Assembly: GCA_900772475.1 (NCBI GenBank)
Contig: CAAHEI010000074.1
Location: 83,008-147,007 of the forward strand
Length of the DNA stretch: 64,000 bases
Direction of reading: 5' to 3'
Origin: Clostridia bacterium
GTDB lineage: Bacteria > Bacillota > Clostridia > TANB77 > CAG-465
The position numbers were made by a program, and so were the translations under genes. A model generated the notes under the pieces. The model did not search any database and was not told the origin of the DNA. It was given only the letters and a program-made list of their open reading frames with translations. Shown here one piece after another: positions 8,504 through 18,151 of this stretch; the stretch's first letter is position 1; each line of letters starts with the position of its first letter.

Positions 8504-9787
8504 CTAGCAATCACAATTCTTTTTTTGCATTACTTCGCATTTTTTCATTGGATATCTTCCAACGCAAGTATTGTCACATCTTCTATCACGTAATAATCTT
8601 ATTGGATTCTCATCAACCTCAAATCTATAATCACAACCATGTTTTCTAATGTATTCATTAATAACCATGTGACTTGGAACTTGATTTACATTGTTATTTA
8701 CAATATCTTGATACATAAAAAATTCAAAATTATCCGGAATATCTTCAAGTAACAAATAATCTTCCCTAACAGAAGTATAGCTTACAGTTTTTTCAAGTAT
8801 TCTTCTTACATATTCAATGTTAGGCCCAAGTTTTAGAAGTTCAGGGAAAGTACCATCACATATAACTTCTTGCCATTCTTTATTTTCGTATTTTTTTAGC
8901 AGCTCTGCCGATTTATGAAGATGAGCAACTTCAAATTCAAAATAGCACTCCCATAATTTCTTTATACAAGGATCTGTTTCATCCATCATACAAGAATAAT
9001 ATAGATAACATTCAGTATATTCATGCATAAGTAAATTTTCAAGCCATGACATATTAGGATCCATTAAACTTTCGTATTGAGTTACATGTTCTTCTTCAAC
9101 CATACCAATTTCTTGATATAATTTACGTCCAAGGTCAGAAGAATAAAAAGCACCTATATTCATGTAATAATTCATAGTTTGTTGTTCTGCAGCTGTAATT
9201 ATTGCAATGTCAAGTTTTGTAATTAAATCTGCATCCTTGTAATTAGTAGCACATTTTACATTATCAAAAGGATATCTATGATGTGCTATAGTAGGTCTTC
9301 CTGGCATTATTTCTGTATATCTACCAACTAATTTTTCTGGTAGTATTCCATATTCCATTTCAAGTAAGTCAGAATAACGGTATAAATGATCAAAATCTTC
9401 TAAAAGTGCAAAATTAAGAGCATTTACAACATTTTGATCTGGATCACGTTGTGCAAGTCTTGCAGTAAGATCAACAGCTAATTGTTCGTAAGTTATTGTA
9501 TGTTCAAGTAGTGTTTCTTTTTTAGGCTTTAAATTACTTATTTTCTTTTGTTGCTGCTGTTCAATATTTCTTAATAGAGCAAGTTCACGTCTTAAATCAT
9601 TATTATTACAATTTCTTGAAAACTGATGAGAAAATTTTACAGCTTCAAATTCCGTTCCATTCATAAGAACAATTCTAGTTTTTGTGTATGGACTTATTTC
9701 ACATATATTATATGATTTGGGATAAAGTTCACACCAATTTTTAATACTTTTGTTTATATCCATAGGTTTTAATTCAAATGGATTCAT
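8504..9787 (-). CDS. Ferritin-like (di-iron four-helix-bundle type) domain protein with a Cys-rich C-terminal tail
   Basis: E/H-containing helices (LEDFDHLYRY, VEEEHVTQYESL, HEYTECYLYY, EFEVAHLH) and tail RCDNTCVGRYPMKKCEVMQKKNCDC. SD GGAGTG is present. The family call is tentative. Confidence 0.5.
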   Translation of the reverse strand: MNPFELKPMDINKSIKNWCELYPKSYNICEISPYTKTRIVLMNGTEFEAVKFSHQFSRNCNNNDLRRELALLRNIEQQQQKKISNLKPKKETLLEHTITYEQLAVDLTARLAQRDPDQNVVNALNFALLEDFDHLYRYSDLLEMEYGILPEKLVGRYTEIMPGRPTIAHHRYPFDNVKCATNYKDADLITKLDIAIITAAEQQTMNYYMNIGAFYSSDLGRKLYQEIGMVEEEHVTQYESLMDPNMSWLENLLMHEYTECYLYYSCMMDETDPCIKKLWECYFEFEVAHLHKSAELLKKYENKEWQEVICDGTFPELLKLGPNIEYVRRILEKTVSYTSVREDYLLLEDIPDNFEFFMYQDIVNNNVNQVPSHMVINEYIRKHGCDYRFEVDENPIRLLRDRRCDNTCVGRYPMKKCEVMQKKNCDC

Positions 9788-9864
9788 TCATATCACACTC
9801 CTTAAAAAATAATATGATAAAAGATCTATTAATATTCTAAATGATGTATAACTATTAATGTAAA

Positions 9865-11367
9865 TTACAGCTTTAAGTCTTTTTTTGTAAATGTAGACGT
9901 AACAAACAAAAGAAAAATATATATTAAAACATATATTAGTATTCCATATACTAAAGAAATTACTTTTCCATTATATGAAAAAGAAAGATATCTAATTGCG
10001 ATGTTAGATAATAATATACATAAAAGTGGCTTTAAAAGAATAGATACAATATCTAACTTCACATTTGTTGCTTTTATAAGTTGAATAATACTAATAGTTC
10101 CATTTAATATTTCACTTGTAAAAAGAACAATAATATAACCATATACTCCATATATAGGAAGTAAAATATACATAAGTATTATACTAATAAATAGATCTAA
10201 AATGTTACATTTCATAACAGCTACTTGTTTATTTAATCCTTTAAGCATTCCATCAACGACATTATCTATATACATAATTAAAACTAATGGTGCGATAATT
10301 TTGATATATTCTGCGACCTCCATTTTGCTATATATAGCCATACTAAGTTCATCTGCAAAAGTAAAAAATATTCCAAAAATCAAAACTGAAAAAAGCAATG
10401 TAAATTTAAATATTTTAGTCGTTACATTATTTATTCTTTTTTTGCTATTTAAGGCATTAAGCCTTGAATATTCAGGTATTAGTAGTCCTGCAAATACATT
10501 TATAAAAAGACAAGGAAACCATACTAATTGCATAACCATACCGGTAATCATTCCGTATTGTGATAATGCAACTTCACAAGATATACCTGATTTTTCAAGT
10601 CTAATTGGAATTATAATTTGCTTTAAAGTTGAAAGACCTGATCTTATATATGATGTTATAGCAACAGGGCATGATATTTTTATTATTTCTTTGTAGTATG
10701 TTTTGTTTTTATTTCTAACCTCTTTATATCTTTTTTTATCAATTTTATACATAAGCATAAGATATATAAATGAAATAAACTCAGATAAAAGTGAACCTAA
10801 AACAAGAGATAGGCATGCATTTTCAAGTGAGGAAGGAAGTATCATATTAAAAAAGTAGATAGATATTATAATTTTAAAGAATTGTTCTATAAAATTTGCC
10901 GAAGCACTTTTAATTACTCTTGTAACAGCAGAAAAATATCCATTAACGCTTGCAGATACAGCAAGTGGAGGAAGGCTTATTGCAATTAAAATTAATGAAT
11001 TTGGTGATATCTTAGAATGTAAGAATTTAGTTGTTAAAAATTCTGAGCAAAGTATTAAGATAATCATTGCAAAACATCCCATAAAAAAGCTTAAAACTAC
11101 AGACTGTTTTGTTATTTTTTTTACCTCTGAGTATTCTTTTAAAGCAAGCTTTTCAGATACTAAATGAGTTACTGCTATTGATATACCTGATGTTGCAAGT
11201 GTAATTGCAAATGTATATATAGATATTATTAATTGATAAACTCCTAAAGCTTCAGTCCCAATTTTATTAGAAATATATACACTAAATCCCATACCAACCA
11301 TATTCATAATTAAGGAGGCAATAGATAATATTACTGTATTTATTACAAAAGTTTTAAATTTTTTCAT
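9865..11367 (-). CDS. MOP-superfamily polysaccharide/lipid II flippase, SpoVB/MurJ-like
   Basis: 500 aa with about 14 predicted TM segments and an N-terminus typical of SpoVB-type polysaccharide biosynthesis proteins. SD AAAGGTGA is present. Confidence 0.75.
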   Translation of the reverse strand: MKKFKTFVINTVILSIASLIMNMVGMGFSVYISNKIGTEALGVYQLIISIYTFAITLATSGISIAVTHLVSEKLALKEYSEVKKITKQSVVLSFFMGCFAMIILILCSEFLTTKFLHSKISPNSLILIAISLPPLAVSASVNGYFSAVTRVIKSASANFIEQFFKIIISIYFFNMILPSSLENACLSLVLGSLLSEFISFIYLMLMYKIDKKRYKEVRNKNKTYYKEIIKISCPVAITSYIRSGLSTLKQIIIPIRLEKSGISCEVALSQYGMITGMVMQLVWFPCLFINVFAGLLIPEYSRLNALNSKKRINNVTTKIFKFTLLFSVLIFGIFFTFADELSMAIYSKMEVAEYIKIIAPLVLIMYIDNVVDGMLKGLNKQVAVMKCNILDLFISIILMYILLPIYGVYGYIIVLFTSEILNGTISIIQLIKATNVKLDIVSILLKPLLCILLSNIAIRYLSFSYNGKVISLVYGILIYVLIYIFLLFVTSTFTKKDLKL

Positions 11368-11463
11368 TAGATCACCTTTTATATCATCTTTTTATAAACT
11401 ATAACAATATATGTCTTAGCAATAAAAAAAATACAAAATATAAGAGGTACTCAAATTCAAGAA

Positions 11464-11658
11464 ATTGCGATGAATAATGGTCGAGAGAACAACGGCCGTT
11501 AAAGAAAAGAGTGGCCTAGAGATAGGTGAAAACTTAAATACAACATAGAAATTCTCACTTTTAAGTGATGTAAAATAATATTTGTCATCTATCACTCCGT
11601 TATAAATATCGTAATATACAAAGTATTTCTTAAGATTAAGAATTATTCTTAATTTTTT
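11464..11658 (+). promoter_or_regulatory. Candidate structured 5' leader (long imperfect hairpin 11464-11615) followed by an intrinsic terminator (11629-11658), upstream of hemW
   Basis: ATTGCGAT (11464-71) pairs with ATCGTAAT (11608-15). ATAATGG (11474-80) pairs with CCGTTAT (11597-603). GATAGGTGA (11521-29) pairs with TCATCTATC (11585-93). The terminator is TTAAGAATTATTCTTAA plus T6. This is a locally GC-richer island in AT-rich intergenic DNA. Confidence 0.3.
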
Positions 11659-11724
11659 AAAACTTATGTCAAATAGCCATTGAACATATTAAAGTTATAT
11701 GATATATTTACACAGGTGAAAAAA

Positions 11725-12876
11725 ATGAGAGAAAATATAGGGATATATATACATATTCCATTTTGTAAGAAAAAATGTTTTTATTGTGATTTTGTATCTT
11801 ATGAAAATAAAGAAAATTTAATTCAAGAATATATAGATACTGTATGCCTTGAAATATTACAAAATGCAGAAATATTAAGTGAATACAACATATCAACAAT
11901 ATATTTTGGCGGAGGCACACCATCATTAATAAAAGCGGAATATATTGAAAAAATACTTAATACTTTAAAACTATTTGTTACAGATGAAAAAGAAATAAAG
12001 GAGATTACTATTGAGATAAATCCAAATAGTGCCTCTTTAGATAAATTAGAAAAATACTATAATTTAGGAATAAATAGACTAAGCATTGGCTTGCAATCTA
12101 CTCATGACAAAATTCTTAGAAATATAGGGAGACTTCATACCTTTAATGATTTTAAAGAGGTCCTAAAAAATGCAAATGCTGTAGGTTTTAAAAACATATC
12201 TGTAGATTTAATTTATCCTCTTCCTGGATTAAATCTTTCTGGTTTTAAAGAAACATTAAATAGTGTAATAAAATTAAAAGATGAATTTAATATAAAGCAT
12301 ATATCGGTATATAACTTGGAAGTCCATGAAAATACAAGACTTGATTTTTTGCTTAAAGAGGGATTTGTATCACTTTGTAATGAGGATGAAGAATATAAAA
12401 TGCGTGAAGAATTAAACAAAAGATTACAAGATAATGGATTTGTTAAATATGAAATTTCTAATTATGCATATCCAGGATTTGAATCAAAGCATAATCTTTG
12501 TTATTGGAATCAAGAAAAATATATAGGATTTGGAGTTAATGCTTCATCGTTTTTTAATTTAAAAAGATACAGAAATACTTCAAATATAGATAAATATATT
12601 GATGGAATAAAAAATAATAAAAATATAGTTGTTGAAACTGAAGAATTAGACCAACTTTCACTTATGAAAGAGTATATCATTCTAAAATTAAGACTTTCTA
12701 AAGGAGTTGAAATATACGAATTTAAGCAAAAATTTGGTACTGATATATTTGATATATTTAATACTGAGTTTAATTCTTTAAAAAAGGATAATTTAGTTAA
12801 TATAACATCTAAAAATATTTCCCTTACAAATAGAGGAGAAGAAGTTGCAAATATTGTCTGGGAAATGTTTGTGTAA
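11725..12876 (+). CDS. hemW: Radical SAM heme chaperone HemW (oxygen-independent coproporphyrinogen-III oxidase-like)
   Basis: IYIHIPFCKKKCFYCDF CxxxCxxC radical-SAM motif, GGGTPS, and a HemN C-domain. The start was moved from TTG 11680 to ATG 11725 (SD AGGTGA). Confidence 0.85.
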   Translation: MRENIGIYIHIPFCKKKCFYCDFVSYENKENLIQEYIDTVCLEILQNAEILSEYNISTIYFGGGTPSLIKAEYIEKILNTLKLFVTDEKEIKEITIEINPNSASLDKLEKYYNLGINRLSIGLQSTHDKILRNIGRLHTFNDFKEVLKNANAVGFKNISVDLIYPLPGLNLSGFKETLNSVIKLKDEFNIKHISVYNLEVHENTRLDFLLKEGFVSLCNEDEEYKMREELNKRLQDNGFVKYEISNYAYPGFESKHNLCYWNQEKYIGFGVNASSFFNLKRYRNTSNIDKYIDGIKNNKNIVVETEELDQLSLMKEYIILKLRLSKGVEIYEFKQKFGTDIFDIFNTEFNSLKKDNLVNITSKNISLTNRGEEVANIVWEMFV

Positions 12877-12886
12877 TATATTATTT

Positions 12887-12926
12887 AAGAACTACTGTAT
12901 ATATAACAAAACAGTAGTTCTTTTAA
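12887..12926 (+). terminator. Intrinsic terminator after hemW
   Basis: 12-bp stem AAGAACTACTGT/ACAGTAGTTCTT followed by a T-run. Confidence 0.7.
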
Positions 12927-13021
12927 CATATTTTTCACAATATATCGGTTGAAATAAGAATATAAATATGTTAGAATAACTGTTATATATTAAAGGAAAA
13001 ATAGTAATGTGAGGTTAGAAT

Positions 13022-15778
13022 ATGGAAAACAAAAAATTCTTAATAATAGATGGAAATAGTATAATGAATAGAGCATATTATGGACTTATGAATATGCGTA
13101 TGACATCTAGTATACTAAATATACATACTAATGCTTTATATGCATTTTTAAATATTTATTGGATGACATTAGATAGATTTAAACCTGACTATGTTGCTGT
13201 ATCATTTGATTTAAAAGCTCCTACATTTAGACATGAAATGTATAAAGAGTATAAAGGTACAAGACATGCTATGCCAGAGGAATTAAAGGAACAAATGCCA
13301 GTTATAAAGAAAATATTAATGGCAATGAATGTACCAATTATTGAGCTGGAAGGATATGAAGCAGATGATATTTTAGGAACTATTTCAAATACAAATGAAA
13401 AAAATAATGTATATACATATATACTTACTGGAGATAGAGATTCATTTCAATTAATTTCAAGTTTAACAGCTGTTGTAATGCCTTCAAATAGACCAGGTAA
13501 AACAGAATATACTGTTTTTGATCCTCAAAAATTAAAAGAAAAATATGGAATAGAACCTTATCAAGTAATTGAAGTTAAATCACTTATGGGAGATGCCTCA
13601 GATAATATTCCAGGGGTTAAAGGAGTAGGCGAGAAGACAGCGTACAGTTTAATTCAAAATTATGGAAATATAGAGTATATATATAATAATATAGATAATA
13701 TTGAATTAAAGCCTAAAGTAAAAGAAAAATTATTATTAGATAAGGATATGGCAAACCTTAGTCATACATTAGCTACAATTGATATTAATGTACCAATCAA
13801 GGTTGACTATGACAAGGCAAAATTAACAGAGGTAAATAAAGAGGAACTATATAAATTATTTAAAGATTTAGAATTTAATAAATTTTTATCTAAGTATGAT
13901 TTTTCTGGTATTTCGGTAGAAGAGGAGAATAAAACTAGTAATGAACCTAAAATTGATACTAGTATAAAAGATATAATAACTATAGACAATGTAAATTATG
14001 ATAAGTATAAGTTTGCACTAGAACAAATGTTTAATGACGGCAAAATATCATATATTTTTAATATTTCATCTAAGAATTTTACTAGTAGCGTAAATATAAA
14101 CGATAAGGATTTTATTGCAATATATAATTATAAAGATGATACCATCTATGTTATAAATATAGATAGTCTTGGTAATGATTCATTAACATATATCTTAAAA
14201 GCATTTTCAACTTCAAGCTGTAAAAAAATTGGATACAATATAAAACAAGATTTGCTATATTTATTTAGCAATAAAATATTAGATAATATACAAGGATTTG
14301 ATTATGATTTAATGATTGCATATTATTTATTGAATAGTAACAACAGTCATAATTCTATTTCAAATGTTTTAGATGATCTTTTTAATATAACATTAAATTT
14401 AAATTATAAAAAAGAAGCTGTGCAGATTTCTTTTTTTGATAGCATTGATAATTCAAAAAAAGAATTTTTGGATGATAATGAAAAAAACATTATATGTAGT
14501 TACTTAAAAGGAATATATTTATCATATGATGTTATAATAAAGAAATTGGAAGAGGTAAATATGCTATCTTTGTTTAATGATATTGAAATGCCTCTTGCAG
14601 AGACTTTAGCAAGCATGGAAAATGTGGGAATGTATATAGATAAAGAAAAATTAAAAGAATTTGATATAGAAATAACTCAAAAATTAAATGATTTAGAAAA
14701 CACTATCTATACTCTTGCTGGAGAAAATTTTAATATTAATTCTACACAACAACTTGGAAAAGTTTTATTTGAAAAATTGGAGCTTCCTGTAGTAAAAAAG
14801 ACAAAAACTGGATATTCAACAGATAAAGACGTTTTAGAAAAATTAGAAGAATATCATGATATAATTCCAAAGTTACTTGAATACAGACAATTAAATAAAT
14901 TAAAAACTACATATGTTGATTCATTAAAAGAAAAAATAGATAAAGATGGAAGAATACACACTACTTTTATGCAGACAGTTACGACTACTGGAAGACTTAG
15001 TAGTGTAGAACCAAACCTTCAAAATATACCTATAAGATTACAAATTGGTAAAAAGATACGTAGTTTTTTTGTTGGACAAAACAATAATAGTATAATGGAT
15101 GCTGATTATAGCCAAATAGAACTTAGAGTTCTTGCTGACGTTGCAAATGATTCAGTTATGATTAATTCATTTAATGAAGGAATTGATATTCATAAAACAA
15201 CGGCTTCACAAGTTTTTGATGTTCCTTTAAATGAAGTAACTGATGAAATGAGATCACATGCTAAAGCTGTAAATTTTGGTATAGTATATGGTATAAGTGG
15301 ATTTGGACTTGCTAAAAATATAGGAACTTCTAGGAAAAAAGCAACTGAATATATTGAAAAATATTTAAATAAGTATCAAGGTATTCATGAGTTTATGAAT
15401 AATATTGTTAAAGAGGCAACAGAAAACGGGTATGTTTCTACATTATTTAATAGAAGAAGATATATTCCTGAACTTAGGGAAAAAAATAAAAATGTTGTAG
15501 AATTTGGAAAACGAATTGCTATGAATACACCTATTCAAGGAACAGCAGCAGATATAATTAAAATAGCAATGAATAGAATATATAAAGCTCTAAAGGATAA
15601 TAATCTTAAATCAAAATTAATTATGCAAGTTCATGATGAGCTTATAATTGAAGTTATTCCTGATGAAGAAGATAAAGTAAAATCTATTATGAAAAAAGAA
15701 ATGGAAAATGTTGTATCATTAAAGGTTCCTTTAACTATTGATCTTAATTTTGGTAAATCATGGTATGATGCACATTAA
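13022..15778 (+). CDS. polA: DNA polymerase I
   Basis: 5'-nuclease N-domain (LIIDGNS, GDRDSFQL, GVKGVGEKTA). Polymerase motifs A (DYSQIELRVLA), B (RSHAKAVNFGIVYG) and C (QVHDELI). 918 aa. Confidence 0.95.
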   Translation: MENKKFLIIDGNSIMNRAYYGLMNMRMTSSILNIHTNALYAFLNIYWMTLDRFKPDYVAVSFDLKAPTFRHEMYKEYKGTRHAMPEELKEQMPVIKKILMAMNVPIIELEGYEADDILGTISNTNEKNNVYTYILTGDRDSFQLISSLTAVVMPSNRPGKTEYTVFDPQKLKEKYGIEPYQVIEVKSLMGDASDNIPGVKGVGEKTAYSLIQNYGNIEYIYNNIDNIELKPKVKEKLLLDKDMANLSHTLATIDINVPIKVDYDKAKLTEVNKEELYKLFKDLEFNKFLSKYDFSGISVEEENKTSNEPKIDTSIKDIITIDNVNYDKYKFALEQMFNDGKISYIFNISSKNFTSSVNINDKDFIAIYNYKDDTIYVINIDSLGNDSLTYILKAFSTSSCKKIGYNIKQDLLYLFSNKILDNIQGFDYDLMIAYYLLNSNNSHNSISNVLDDLFNITLNLNYKKEAVQISFFDSIDNSKKEFLDDNEKNIICSYLKGIYLSYDVIIKKLEEVNMLSLFNDIEMPLAETLASMENVGMYIDKEKLKEFDIEITQKLNDLENTIYTLAGENFNINSTQQLGKVLFEKLELPVVKKTKTGYSTDKDVLEKLEEYHDIIPKLLEYRQLNKLKTTYVDSLKEKIDKDGRIHTTFMQTVTTTGRLSSVEPNLQNIPIRLQIGKKIRSFFVGQNNNSIMDADYSQIELRVLADVANDSVMINSFNEGIDIHKTTASQVFDVPLNEVTDEMRSHAKAVNFGIVYGISGFGLAKNIGTSRKKATEYIEKYLNKYQGIHEFMNNIVKEATENGYVSTLFNRRRYIPELREKNKNVVEFGKRIAMNTPIQGTAADIIKIAMNRIYKALKDNNLKSKLIMQVHDELIIEVIPDEEDKVKSIMKKEMENVVSLKVPLTIDLNFGKSWYDAH

Positions 15779-15826
15779 AGTATATAAAATTTTATATAAG
15801 TGTAATAAAGAGGTTTTGATATAAAT

Positions 15827-16390
15827 ATGAAGAAAAAAAGAATTATAAAAATTGTATTAATTTGCTTGCTTTCTATTATTTTGGTAATTTTATGTGGATA
15901 TGTAATTTTAAAAAATGTAATTTATCCTCTTAATCATTTTAGTATAGTAAAAGAAGAGGCAAGTAAAAATAATATAGATCCTTATCTTGTAATGGCAATT
16001 ATAAAAACAGAAAGTGGCTTTAAAAAGGATGCTACTTCAAATAAAGATGCAAAGGGATTAATGCAAATTATTGATTCTACTGCAACAGATATAAATAATA
16101 AAACAAACATAGTAGATGAAGTGGGAGAAAATATTTATGACGAAAATGTAAATATATCTCTTGGTTGTAAATATTTTAGTGATCTTATAAAAAGATACAA
16201 TGGTAACTATTATTTAGCAATATGTGCATATAATGCGGGAATGGGAAATGTTGATAAATGGATTGAACAAGGAATTATAGATAAGGATATATCAAGTTAC
16301 AATAACATTTCTTTGCCGTATAAAGAAACTGAAAAATATTTAAAAAAAGTTATGGACTCATATCATATGTATAAGGTTTTATATAAATAA
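15827..16390 (+). CDS. Lytic transglycosylase (SLT domain), membrane-anchored
   Basis: Catalytic motif ESGFKKDATSNKDAKGLMQI and AYNAGMGNV, with an N-terminal TM segment. Confidence 0.8.
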   Translation: MKKKRIIKIVLICLLSIILVILCGYVILKNVIYPLNHFSIVKEEASKNNIDPYLVMAIIKTESGFKKDATSNKDAKGLMQIIDSTATDINNKTNIVDEVGENIYDENVNISLGCKYFSDLIKRYNGNYYLAICAYNAGMGNVDKWIEQGIIDKDISSYNNISLPYKETEKYLKKVMDSYHMYKVLYK

Positions 16391-16403
16391 ATAAGGTGAA
16401 TTT

Positions 16404-17183
16404 ATGAAAAATATAAAAAATAAAAAAAATAAAAAAAATAAAATTTTTATTCTTGTATTACTTACTTTAATAGTTGTAATATCTATATGCCTTTTTGTAT
16501 ATATTACAACTATAATGCACAAGAAAGATGACAACATAGAAGAGGATTTAAATGCTACTAAAGAGGAAAATGAAGTTGTAGAAAATACAGAAAATAATGA
16601 AAATAATAATTTAGAAATAGATTCCAAATATGTGGATGATAATCCCATAGTGGTTGGTTTATATGTTAAAGAGGGAAATTATAAAAAACTTGTAAAAGAC
16701 TATTATTGTGGTTGGGATCCAGAAGAAGTTTTAGGAATATTTTATGCAGTATATACAAATGAGGAACAAATATCGGGCTCTAATTTTAACTTGGTATGGA
16801 AAGATTACTTAAATAAATATTCAGATGTCGATAAATATAGGATTGGATATAACTTAAAATTTACGATGAATGACGGAACTGTTATTGACCAGACTATTTT
16901 AAATCCAGATCATGCATATTTAATGTATCCTGAAATACAATGCTATTTATATGATGATATTAATCTTGTACCTGGAAAAAGATATTACCATATTACAAGT
17001 GAAGAAATGAATGATAATACCATATGTTCATCTATAAAACTGGTTGGAGACAAAAAAACTCCTAACATCTCATCTGAAATAGAGCTTACCGTCTTTACAT
17101 ATAAATCTAATGATGATTTTGATGCTAACGGAAAATATAGGGGAAATAGTAAATATACGGTAACAATATATCGAAAAAAGTAA
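16404..17183 (+). CDS. Membrane-anchored hypothetical protein
   Basis: K/N-rich N-terminus, then a TM segment (IFILVLLTLIVVISICLFVYI). SD AAGGTGA is present. I recognise no family. Confidence 0.6.
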   Translation: MKNIKNKKNKKNKIFILVLLTLIVVISICLFVYITTIMHKKDDNIEEDLNATKEENEVVENTENNENNNLEIDSKYVDDNPIVVGLYVKEGNYKKLVKDYYCGWDPEEVLGIFYAVYTNEEQISGSNFNLVWKDYLNKYSDVDKYRIGYNLKFTMNDGTVIDQTILNPDHAYLMYPEIQCYLYDDINLVPGKRYYHITSEEMNDNTICSSIKLVGDKKTPNISSEIELTVFTYKSNDDFDANGKYRGNSKYTVTIYRKK

Positions 17184-17315
17184 AAAAATATCGAAAAATT
17201 ACATAATGCTTTTAAAATATTGCTTTAAATACTACACAAAAAGGAAAAAATATGTTAAAATATATTAAGTGATTAAACAATTTTTGTTGTTTTATATTAA
17301 AGGGAGGAAATTAAT

Positions 17316-18041
17316 ATGTCAGGACATAGCAAATGGAATAATATTAAAAGAAAAAAAGAAGCAAGTGATGCTAAGAAAGCAAATATCTTTTCAAAGCTTG
17401 GAAAAGAAATCACTATTGCAGTTAAAACAGGTAATAGCGGTGATATAAACGTAAATAGAAAGTTAAAAGACGTAGTTGCAAAGGCTAAAGCTCAAAATAT
17501 GCCAAATGATAATATAAATAGATGTATTCAAAAAGCAATTGGTGATACAAGTGCTGCAAATTATGAAGAAATAACATATGAAGGTTTTGGACCATGCGGT
17601 GTTTCTGTTATTGTTGAAGCTTTAACAGATAATAAAAATAGAGCTGCTGCTGATATTCGTCATATATTTAGTAAATCAGGTGGAAGTCTTGGTCAAACAG
17701 GATCAGTTGGTTATATGTTTGACAAAAAAGGTTACTTTTTAATTGAAAAAAATGACTCAATTGACGAAGATGAATTAATGTTAGAAGTTTTAGACAATGG
17801 AGCAGATGATTTCATATCTGATGAAGAATACATAGAAGTCCTATGTGATCCTAAAGTTTTTTCTGATTTACTTGAAGCACTTCAAGAAAAAGGAATTAAA
17901 CTTGAAGAAGCTCAAATAAAACAAATTCCTAATATAAAAAAGGAATTATCTGAAGAAGAGGAAGAAAAGCTTAATAATTTCTTGGACAAATTAGAAGAAA
18001 ATGATGATGTGCAAAATGTGTGGCATAACGCAGATATTTAA
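17316..18041 (+). CDS. yebC: YebC/PmpR-family DNA-binding regulator
   Basis: MSGHSKWNNIKRKK start and typical length and pattern. SD AAAGGGAGGAA is present. Confidence 0.9.
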   Translation: MSGHSKWNNIKRKKEASDAKKANIFSKLGKEITIAVKTGNSGDINVNRKLKDVVAKAKAQNMPNDNINRCIQKAIGDTSAANYEEITYEGFGPCGVSVIVEALTDNKNRAAADIRHIFSKSGGSLGQTGSVGYMFDKKGYFLIEKNDSIDEDELMLEVLDNGADDFISDEEYIEVLCDPKVFSDLLEALQEKGIKLEEAQIKQIPNIKKELSEEEEEKLNNFLDKLEENDDVQNVWHNADI

Positions 18042-18077
18042 TATACATAATTTTGAAATATTTTTTTAACAAAACTA

Positions 18078-18106
18078 TTGACTTTACATAAATAACGTGC
18101 TATAAT
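18078..18106 (+). promoter_or_regulatory. Sigma-A-type promoter candidate
   Basis: TTGACT, 17-nt spacer, TATAAT, about 45 nt upstream of ATG 18152. Confidence 0.5.
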
Positions 18107-18151
18107 AATAAATGTAAGGTGTTGTTATTGAAATTAAGGAGGTGTTTTGTT

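Noticed and set aside
11464-11658. T-box riboswitch upstream of hemW.
   Set aside because: The GCGATGA / AGAGA / GGTGAAA motifs resemble Stem I. However, the conserved T-box sequence and an antiterminator helix are absent, and hemW is not an aminoacyl-tRNA-related gene. It is kept only as an unclassified structured leader.
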